A stretch of DNA of 64,000 bases from Balanoglossus misakiensis (taxonomy: Eukaryota; Animalia; Hemichordata). The stretch spans positions 3,162,001 to 3,226,000 of the forward strand of contig CM082590.2 of assembly GCA_040954595.2 (NCBI GenBank), read 5' to 3'. Below are positions 54,701-64,000 of the stretch, piece after piece; within the stretch, counting starts at the first letter, position 1; each line of letters begins with the position of its first letter. Below the pieces are notes generated by a model. The model had not been told where the DNA came from, ran no database searches, and saw nothing but the letters and a program-made list of their open reading frames with translations. Position numbers and translations under genes: made by a program.

Positions 54701-57700
54701 CTATGCGCATAAGAACGTTTTCCACTAGACTCTGTAGATCGACGGATAGTTGTACAATTTCCATGGTTGCTTCCAAACAGCATCGTTTATTTACCGAATT
54801 CTGTTGTGAGGCGCAGAACACGTAATAGGTCTATGCGCATAAGGAAGTTTTCCACCAGACTCTGTAGATCGACGGATAGTTGTAAAATTTCATGATTGCT
54901 TCCAAATACAGCCTCGTTTATTTACCGATTTCTGTTGTGATGCGCATAACACATAGATAGGCCTATGCGCATAAGAACGTTTTCCACTAGACTATGTAGA
55001 TCGACGGATAGTTGTACAATTTCCATGGTTGCTTCCAAACAGCCTCGTTTATTTACCGATTTCTGTTGTGAGGCGCAGAACACATGATAGGCCTATGCGC
55101 ATAATAAAGTTTTCCACCAGACTCCGTAGATCGACGGATAGTTGTAAAATTTCCATGGTTGTTTCCAAACACAGCCTCGTTCATTTATAAAATTCTGTTG
55201 TGATGCGCTGAACACATACATATGCCTATGCGCATAAGAAAGTTTCCCACTAGACTCTGTAGATCGACGGATAGTTCTAAAATTTCCATGATTGCTTCCA
55301 AACAGCCTCGTTTATTTACCGAATTCTGTTGTGAGGCGCAGAGCACGTAATAGGCCTATGCGCATAAGAAAGTTTTCCACCAGACTCTGTAGATCGACGG
55401 ATAGTTGTAAAATTTCCATGGTTGCTTCCAAACAGCCTCGTTTATTTACCGATTTCTGTTGTGATGCGCAGAACACATAGATAGGCATATGTGCATAATA
55501 AAGTTTTCCACTAGACTCTGTAGATCGAGAGATAGTTCTAAAATTTCCATGGTTGCTTCCAAACACAGCCTCGTTTGTTTACAAAATTCTGTTGTGATGC
55601 GCAGAACACATATATAGGCCTATGCGCATAATAACGTTTTCCACTAGACTCTGTAGATCGACGGATAGTTGTAAAATTTCATGATTGCTTCCAAATACAG
55701 CCTCGTTTATTTACCGATTTCTGTTGTGATGCGCATAACACATAGATAGGCCTATGCGCATAAGAACGTTTTCCACTAGACTATGTAGATCGACGGATAG
55801 TTGTACAATTTCCATGGTTGCTTCCAAACAGCCTCGTTTATTTACCGATTTCTGTTGTGAGGCGCAGAACACATGATAGGCCTATGCGCATAAGAAAGTT
55901 TTCTACCAGACTCCGTAGATCGACGGATAGTTGTAAAATTTCCATGGTTGTTTCCAAACACAGCCTCGTTCATTTATAAAATTCTGTTGTGATGCGCTGA
56001 ACACATACATATGCCTATGCGCATAAGAAAGTTTCCCACTAGACTCTGTAGATCGACGGATAGTTCTAAAATTTCCATGATTGCTTCCAAACAGCCTCGT
56101 TTATTTACCGAATTCTGTTGTGAGGCGCAGAGCACGTAATAGGCCTATGCGCATAAGAAAGTTTTCCACCAGACTCTGTAGATCGACGGATAGTTGTAAA
56201 ATTTCCATGGTTGCTTCCAAACAGCCTCGTTTATTTACCGATTTCTGTTGTGATGCGCAGAACACATAGATAGGCATATGTGCATAATAAAGTTTTCCAC
56301 TAGACTCTGTAGATCGAGAGATAGTTCTTAAATTTCCATGGTTGCTTCCAAACACAGCCTCGTTTGTTTACAAAATTCTGTTGTGATGCACAGAACACAT
56401 ATATAGGCCTATGCGCATAATAACGTTTTCCACTAGACTCTGTAGATCGACGGATAGTTGTAAAATTTCCATGGTTGCTTCCAAACAGCCTCGTTTATTT
56501 ACCGAATTCTGTTGTGAGGCGCAGAACACATAGATAGGCATATGTGCATAAGAAAGTTTTCCACTATAGACTCTGTAGATCGAGAGATAGTTCTAAAATG
56601 TCCATGGTTGCTTCCAAACACAGCCTCGTTTGTTTACAAAATTCTGTTGTGATGCGCAGAACACATATATAGGCCTATGCGCATAATAACGTTTTCCACT
56701 AGACTCTGTAGATCGACGGATAGTTGTAAAATTTCCATGGTTGCTTCCAAACAGCCTCGTTTATTTACCGAATTCTGTTGTGAGGCGCAGAACACATAGA
56801 TAGGCATATGTGCATAAGAAAGTTTTCCACTATAGACTCTGTAGATCGAGAGATAGTTCTAAAATGTCCATGGTTGCTACCAAACACAGCCTCGTTTGTT
56901 TACAAAATTATGTTGTGATGCGCAGAACACATATATAGGCCTATGCGCATAAGAACGTTTCCACTAGACTCTGTAGATCGACGGATAGCTGTAAAATTTC
57001 CATGGTTGCTTCCAAACAGCCTCGTTTATTTACCGATTTCTGTTGTAAGGCGCAGAACACATGATAGGCCTATGCGCATGAGACATTTTTCCACTAGACT
57101 CTGTAGATCGACGGATAGTTGTAAAATTTCATGGTTGCTTCCAAATACAGCCTCGTTTATTTAGCGATTTCTGTTGTGATGCGCATAACACATAGATAGG
57201 CCTATGCGCATAAGAACGTTTTCCACTAGACTTTGTAGATCGACGGATAGTTGTACAATGTCCATGGTTGCTTCCAAACAGCCTCGTTTATTTACCGAAT
57301 TCTGTTGTGAGGCGCAGAACACGTAATAGGTCTATGCGCATAAGGAAGTTTTCCACCAGACTCTGTAGATCGACGGATAGTTGTAAAATTTCATGGTTGC
57401 TTCCAAATACAGCCTCGTTTATTTACCGATTTCTGTTGTGATGCGCATAACACATAGATAGGCCTATGCGCATAAGAACGTTTTCCACTAGACTCTGTAG
57501 ATCGACGGATAGTTGTACAATTTCCATGGTTGCTTCCAAACAGCCTCGTTTATTTACCGATTTCTGTTGTGAGGCACAGAACACATGATAGGCCTATGCG
57601 CATAAGACATTTTTCCACTAGACTCTGTAGATCGACGGATAGTTCTAAAATTTCCATGGTTGCTTCCAAACAGCCTCGTTTATTTACCGAATTCTGTTGT

Positions 57701-60700
57701 GAGGCGCAGAGCACGTAATAGGCCTATGCGCATAAGAAAGTTTTCCACCAGACTCTGTAGATCGACGGATAGTTGTAAAATTTCCATGGTTGCTTCCAAA
57801 CAGCCTCGTTTATTTACCGATTTCTGTTGTGATGCGCAGAACACATAGATAGGCATATGTGCATAATAAAGTTTTCCACTAGACTCTGTAGATCGAGAGA
57901 TAGTTCTAAAATTTCCATGGTTGCTTCCAAACATAGCCTCGTTTGTTTACAAAATTCTGTTGTGATGCGCAGAACACATATATAGGCCTATGCGCATAAT
58001 AACGTTTTCCACTAGACTCTGTAGATCGACGGATAGTTGTAAAATTTCCATGGTTGCTTCCAAACAGCCTCGTTTATTTACCGAATTCTGTTGTGAGGCG
58101 CAGAACACATAGATAGGCATATGTGCATAAGAAAGTTTTCCACTATAGACTCTGTAGATCGAGAGATAGTTCTAAAATGTCCATGGTTGCTTCCAAACAC
58201 AGCCTCGTTTGTTTACAAAATTCTGTTGTGATGCGCAGAACACATATATAGGCCTATGCGCATAATAACGTTTTCCACTAGACTCTGTAGATCGACGGAT
58301 AGTTGTAAAATTTCCATGGTTGCTTCCAAACAGCCTCGTTTATTTACCGAATTCTGTTGTGAGGCGCAGAACACATAGATAGGCATATGTGCATAAGAAA
58401 GTTTTCCACTATAGACTCTGTAGATCGAGAGATAGTTCTAAAATGTCCATGGTTGCTACCAAACACAGCCTCGTTTGTTTACAAAATTCTGTTGTGATGC
58501 GCAGAACACATATATAGGCCTATGCGCATAAGAACGTTTCCACTAGACTCTGTAGATCGACGGATAGCTGTAAAATTTCCATGGTTGCTTCCAAACAGCC
58601 TCGTTTATTTACCGATTTCTGTTGTGAGGCGCAGAACACATGATAGGCCTATGCGCATGAGACATTTTTCCACTAGACTCTGTAGATCGACGGATAGTTG
58701 TAAAATTTCATGGTTGCTTCCAAATACAGCCTCGTTTATTTAGCGATTTCTGTTGTGATGCGCATAACACATAGATAGGCCTATGCGCATAAGAACGTTT
58801 TCCACTAGACTTTGTAGATCGACGGATAGTTGTACAATGTCCATGGTTGCTTCCAAACAGCCTCGTTTATTTACCGAATTCTGTTGTGAGGCGCAGAACA
58901 CGTAATAGGTCTATGCGCATAAGGAAGTTTTCCACCAGACTCTGTAGATCGACGGATAGTTGTAAAATTTCATGGTTGCTTCCAAATACAGCCTCGTTTA
59001 TTTACCGATTTCTGTTGTGATGCGCATAACACATAGATAGGCCTATGCGCATAAGAACGTTTTCCACTAGACTCTGTAGATCGACGGATAGTTGTACAAT
59101 TTCCATGGTTGCTTCCAAACAGCCTCGTTTATTTACCGATTTCTGTTGTGAGGCACAGAACACATGATAGGCCTATGCGCATAAGACATTTTTCCACTAG
59201 ACTCTGTAGATCGACGGATAGTTCTAAAATTTCCATGGTTGCTTCCAAACAGCCTCGTTTATTTACCGAATTCTGTTGTGAGGCGCAGAGCACGTAATAG
59301 GCCTATGCGCATAAGAAAGTTTTCCACCAGACTCTGTAGATCGACGGATAGTTGTACAATTTCCATGGTTGCTTCCAAACAGCCTCGTTTATTTACCGAT
59401 TTCTGTTGTGATGCGCAGAACACATAGATAGGCATATGTGCATAATAAAGTTTTCCACTAGACTCTGTAGATCGAGAGATAGTTCTAAAATTTCCATGGT
59501 TGCTTCCAAACACAGCCTCGTTTGTTTACAAAATTCTGTTGTGATGCGCAGAACACATATATAGGCCTATGCGCATAATAACGTTTTCCACTAGACTCTG
59601 TAGATCGACGGATAGTTGTAAAATTTCCATGGTTGCTTCCAAACAGCCTCGTTTATTTACCGAATTCTGTTGTGAGGCGCAGAACACATAGATAGGCATA
59701 TGTGCATAAGAAAGTTTTCCACTATAGACTCTGTAGATCGAGAGATAGTTCTAAAATGTCCATGGTTGCTTCCAAACACAGCCTCGTTTATTTACCGATT
59801 TCTGTTGTGATGCGCATAACACATAGATAGGCCTATGCGCATAAGAACGTTTTCCACTAGACTCTGTAGATCGACGGATAGTTGTACAATTTCCATGGTT
59901 GCTTCCAAACAGCATCGTTTATTTACCGAATTCTGTTGTGAGGCACAGAACACGTAATAGGTCTACGCGCATAAGGAAGTTTTCCACCAGACTCTGTAGA
60001 TCGACGGATAGTTGTAAAATTTCATGATTGCTTCCAAATACAGCCTCGTTTATTTACCGATTTCTGTTGTGATGCGCATAACACATAGATAGGCCTATGC
60101 GCATAAGAACGTTTTCCACTAGACTATGTAGATCGACGGATAGTTGTACAATTTCCATGGTTGCTTCCAAACAGCCTCGTTTATTTACCGATTTCTGTTG
60201 TGAGGCGCACAACACATGATAGGCCTATGCGCATAAGACATTTTTCCACTAGACTCTGTAGATCGACGGATTGTTCTAAAATTTCCATGGTTGCTTCCAA
60301 ACAGCCTCGTTTATTTACCGAATTCTGTTGTGAGGCGCAGAGCACGTAATAGGCCTATGCGCATAAGAAAGTTTTCCACCAGACTCCTTAGATCGACGGA
60401 TAGTTGTAAAATTTCCATGGTTGTTTCCAAACACAGCCTCGTTCATTTATAAAATTCTGTTGTGATGCGCTGAACACATACATATGCCTATGCGCATAAG
60501 AAAGTTTCCCACTAGACTCTGTAGATCGACGGATAGTTCTAAAATTTCCATGATTGCTTCCAAACACATCCTCGATTGTTTACAAAATTCTGTTGTGATG
60601 CGCAGAACACATATATAGGCCTATGCGCATATGAATGTTTTCCACTATACTCCGTAGATCGACAGATAGTTCTAAAATTTCCATTGTTGCTTCCAAACAA

Positions 60701-63154
60701 AGCCTCGTTTGTTTACAAAATTCTGTTGTGATGTGCATAACACATGATAGGCCTATGCGCACATGAACGTTTTTCCACTAGACTCTGTAGATCGACGGAT
60801 AGTTCTAAAATTTCCATGGTTGCTTCCAAACACAGCCTCGTTTGTTTACAAAATTCTGTTGTGATGCGCAGAACACATATATAGGCCTATGCGCTTAATA
60901 ACGTTTTCCACTAGACTCTGTAGATCGACGGATAGTTGTAAAATTTCCATGTTTGCTTCCAAACAGCCTCGTTTATTTACCGAATTCTGTTGTGAGGCGC
61001 AGAACACATAGATAGGCATATGTGCATAAGAAAGTTTTCCACTATAGACTCTGTAGATCGAGAGATAGTTCTAAAATGTCCATGGTTGCTACCAAACACA
61101 GCCTCGTTTGTTTACAAAATTCTGTTGTGATGCGCAGAACACATATATAGGCCTATGCGCATAAGAACGTTTCCACTAGACTCTGTAGATCGATGGATAG
61201 CTGTAAAATTTCCATGGTTGCTTCCAAACAGCCTCGTTTATTTACCGATTTCTGTTGTGATGCGCAGAACACATAGATAGGCATATGTGCATAATAAACT
61301 TTTCCACTAGACTCTGTAGATCGAGAGATAGTTGTAAAATTTCCATGGTTGCTTCCAAACACAGCCTCGTTTGTTTACAAAATTCTGTTGTGATGCGCAG
61401 AACACATATATAGGCCTATGCGCATAATAACGTTTTCCACTAGACTCTGTAGATCGACGGATAGTTGTAAAATTTCCATGGTTGCTTCCAAACAGCCTCG
61501 TTTATTTACCGAATTCTGTTGTGAGGCGCAGAACACATAGATAGGCATATGTGCATAAGAAAGTTTTCCACTATAGACTCTGTAGATCGAGAGATAGTTC
61601 TAAAATGTCCATGGTTGCTTCCAAACACAGCCTCGTTTGTTTACAAAATTGTGTTGTGATGCGCAGAACACATATATAGGCCTATGCGCATAATAACGTT
61701 TTCCACTAGACTCTGTAGATCGACGGATAGTTGTAAAATTTCTATGGTTGCTTCCAAACAGCCTCGTTTATTTACCGAATTCTGTTGTGAGGCGCAGAAC
61801 ACATAGATAGGCATATGTGCATAAGAAAGTTTTCCACTATAGACTCTGTAGATCGAGAGATAGTTCTAAAATGTCCATGGTTGCTACCAAACACAGCCTC
61901 GTTTGTTTACAAAATTCTGTTGTGATGCGCAGAACACATATATAGGCCTATGCGCATAAGAACGTTTCCACTAGACTCTGTAGATCGACGGATAGCTGTA
62001 AAATTTCCATGGTTGCTTCCAAACAGCCTCGTTTATTTACCGATTTCTGTTGTGAGGCGCAGAACACATGATAGGCCTATGCGCATGAGACATTTTTCCA
62101 CTAGACTCTGTAGATCGACGGATAGTTGTAAAATTTCATGGTTGCTTCCAAATACAGCCTCGTTTATTTAGCGATTTCTGTTGTGATGCGCATAACACAT
62201 AGATAGGCCTATGCGCATAGGAACGTTTTCCACTAGACTTTGTAGATCGACGGATAGTTGTACAATGTCCATGGTTGCTTCCAAACAGCCTCGTTTATTT
62301 ACCGAATTCTGTTGTGAGGCGCAGAACACGTAATAGGTCTATGCGCATAAGGAAGTTTTCCACCAGACTCTGTAGATCGACGGATAGTTGTAAAATTTCA
62401 TGGTTGCTTCCAAATACAGCCTCGTTTATTTACCGATTTCTGTTGTGATGCGCATAACACATAGATAGGCCTATGCGCATAAGAACGTTTTCCACTAGAC
62501 TCTGTAGATCGACGGATAGTTGTACAATTTCCATGGTTGCTTCCAAACAGCCTCGTTTATTTACCGATTTCTGTTGTGAGGCACAGAACACATGATAGGC
62601 CTATGCGCATAAGACATTTTTCCACTAGACTCTGTAGATCGACGGATAGTTCTAAAATTTCCATGGTTGCTTCCAAACAGCCTCGTTTATTTACCGAATT
62701 CTGTTGTGAGGCGCAGAGCACGTAATAGGCCTATGCGCATAAGAAAGTTTTCCACCAGACTCTGTAGATCGACGGATAGTTGTAAAATTTCCATGGTTGC
62801 TTCCAAACAGCCTCGTTTATTTACCGATTTCTGTTGTGATGCGCAGAACACATAGATAGGCATATGTGCATAATAAAGTTTTCCACTAGACTCTGTAGAT
62901 CGAGAGATAGTTCTAAAATTTCCATGGTTGCTTCCAAACACAGCCTCGTTTGTTTACAAAATTCTGTTGTGATGCGCAGAACACATATATAGGCCTATGC
63001 GCATAATAACGTTTTCCACTAGACTCTGTAGATCGACGGATAGTTGTAAAATTTCTATGGTTTCTTCCAAACAGCCTCGTTTATTTACCGAATTCTGTTG
63101 TGAGGCGCAGAACACATAGATAGGCATATGTGCATAAGAAAGTTTTCCACTATA
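51550..63154 (+). repeat. Right-hand domain dominated by a 12-mer higher-order repeat of 1579 bp, with interruptions
   Basis: The private variant TTTAGCGATT lies at about 53344, 57162, 58741 and 62169. Offsets 52133/53712, 56943/58522 and 57530/59109 are all 1579. Confidence 0.82.
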
Positions 63155-63377
63155 AACAGCACGAAAACAATTTCCCAATAACCGAAAACCAAAAATTTCA
63201 GGAAATTTCATTGAAATAAAGTTAAAATAGCAGTTAAATTATGAAGATGTATAGTTTTTACTTAGTAATCTTTTCTTTAGTTGCCTTTGCATATTCCATC
63301 GCCGATATTTTAAAGGAAAAATCTACTTTCATGTATTTATAAAGAAAACGAGTATGGTGAAAAAAAACACATTGATC

Positions 63378-63406
63378 ATTGGTGCATAGACTGTCTATGA
63401 TTGGTG
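63378..63406. mobile_element. Putative DNA-transposon excision footprint: a 15-bp palindrome flanked by a 7-bp direct duplication
   Basis: ATTGGTG (63378-63384), then CATAGAC-T-GTCTATG (63385-63399), then ATTGGTG (63400-63406). Confidence 0.6.
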
Positions 63407-63718
63407 GGAACATTTTCACAAATTATTATTGAAAAACTTATTACTAACTTGTAGAAAATAAAAAATAAAAAAATTCATAGAAATAGTGATATCTATAGTC
63501 CACCATAGAAAAATTAACAATGAAAAAATCACGATGTGACATTCGAGGTTTTCAAACCAATAATTTTGTGTTTATTCTTACACATAAGGAGTTTTATACA
63601 GATAAGCCCATTATTCTTGCATAAAAAGCACTGATAAAAATTACAAAGTTGATTTACAGATATTTTCACAAAAAAATTATGTTTATGCTCATTAAAATTA
63701 AGATCTCATACAAGTTAA

Positions 63719-64000
63719 GAAAGTTCTTGCAAGGGACACACCCACCGATGTCAACACCCAACGATGTCAGAAATTTCTTGCAAGGGTCACACCCACAGAT
63801 GTCAGAAATTTCTTGCAAGGGACACACCCACCGATGTCAACACCCAACGATGTCAGAAATTTCTTGCAAGGGTCACACCCACCGATGTCAGAAATTTCTT
63901 GCAAGGGACACACCCACCGATGTCAGAAATTTCTTGCAAGGGACACACCCACCGATGTCAGAAATTTCTTGCAAGGGACACACCCACCGATGTCAGAAAT
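63719..64000 (+). repeat. Second tandem repeat (minisatellite) with a 35-bp unit and a 51-bp variant, truncated by the window end
   Basis: The unit is GAAATTTCTTGCAAGGGACACACCCACCGATGTCA. Units start at 63719 (51), 63770 (35), 63805 (51), 63856, 63891, 63926 and 63961. The 51-mer carries an extra ACACCCAACGATGTCA. Confidence 0.95.

Larger units (their letters stand above)
5042..63154 (+). repeat. Satellite DNA array of 58.1 kb with a ~131-bp monomer (common lengths 130-135 bp), about 440 head-to-tail copies
   Basis: Consensus read by eye: GCGCAGAACACATAGATAGGCCTATGCGCATAAGAAAGTTTTCCACTAGACTCTGTAGATCGACGGATAGTTCTAAAATTTCCATGGTTGCTTCCAAACAGCCTCGTTTATTTACCGAATTCTGTTGTGAG (131 nt, 55 G+C). It starts at ATGCGCAGAACAC (5042) and ends at TTTTCCACTATA (63154). 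No inversions or foreign insertions were seen. Confidence 0.99.

Noticed and set aside
5042-63154. Satellite as a hammerhead-ribozyme (retrozyme) array
   Set aside because: The conserved CUGANGA core is absent from the consensus on either strand. Other ribozyme classes were not evident; an Infernal/Rfam scan would be the formal test.
5042-63154. Tandem 5S rRNA, tRNA or snRNA gene array
   Set aside because: The unit size is similar, but there is no recognisable 5S, tRNA or snRNA sequence, no convincing A and B boxes, and no cloverleaf.
5042-63154. RFX X-box in TTTCCATGGTTGC, or a CENP-B box in the monomer
   Set aside because: Only a partial X-box match is present, and no TTCG-N4-A-N2-CGGG pattern was seen.
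4949-63211. The many 60-129 aa ORFs on both strands (MLPNSLVYLP..., MFGSNHGNF...)
   Set aside because: They are translations of the satellite monomer. Monomer lengths vary by 1-2 bp indels that shift frame freely, many starts are non-ATG, and there is no recognisable domain.
4945-63720. TIRs or a TSD bracketing the whole satellite as one giant transposon
   Set aside because: No inverted or direct match was found by eye between the immediate left and right flanks.
63719-64000. CRISPR array (35-bp partly palindromic repeat)
   Set aside because: The units are directly adjacent with no unique spacers. The 16-bp inserts are copies of the repeat itself, there are no cas genes, and the context is eukaryotic.

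Overview
This is non-coding eukaryotic DNA, probably from an animal. A marine-invertebrate origin is an inference from the style of the repeats only. About 91% of the window (5042-63154) is one uninterrupted head-to-tail satellite array with a ~131-bp monomer (about 440 copies, all on one strand). It is organised into nested, locally changing higher-order repeats (HORs). The left flank (1-5041) is a mosaic of probable non-autonomous DNA-transposon fragments, a compound microsatellite and a ~1.5-kb foldback structure built from 23-bp subrepeats. The right flank is an AT-rich spacer holding a 15-bp palindrome with a 7-bp direct duplication, which looks like a transposon excision footprint. It is followed by a second, 35/51-bp tandem repeat that runs off the window. 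I can support no protein-coding gene, RNA gene or CRISPR array; the short ORFs inside the array are translations of the satellite. I found no new enzymatic system. The most interesting content is the satellite architecture, its asymmetric borders and the footprint. All counts and offsets were read by eye or taken from the ORF track, not computed by alignment.
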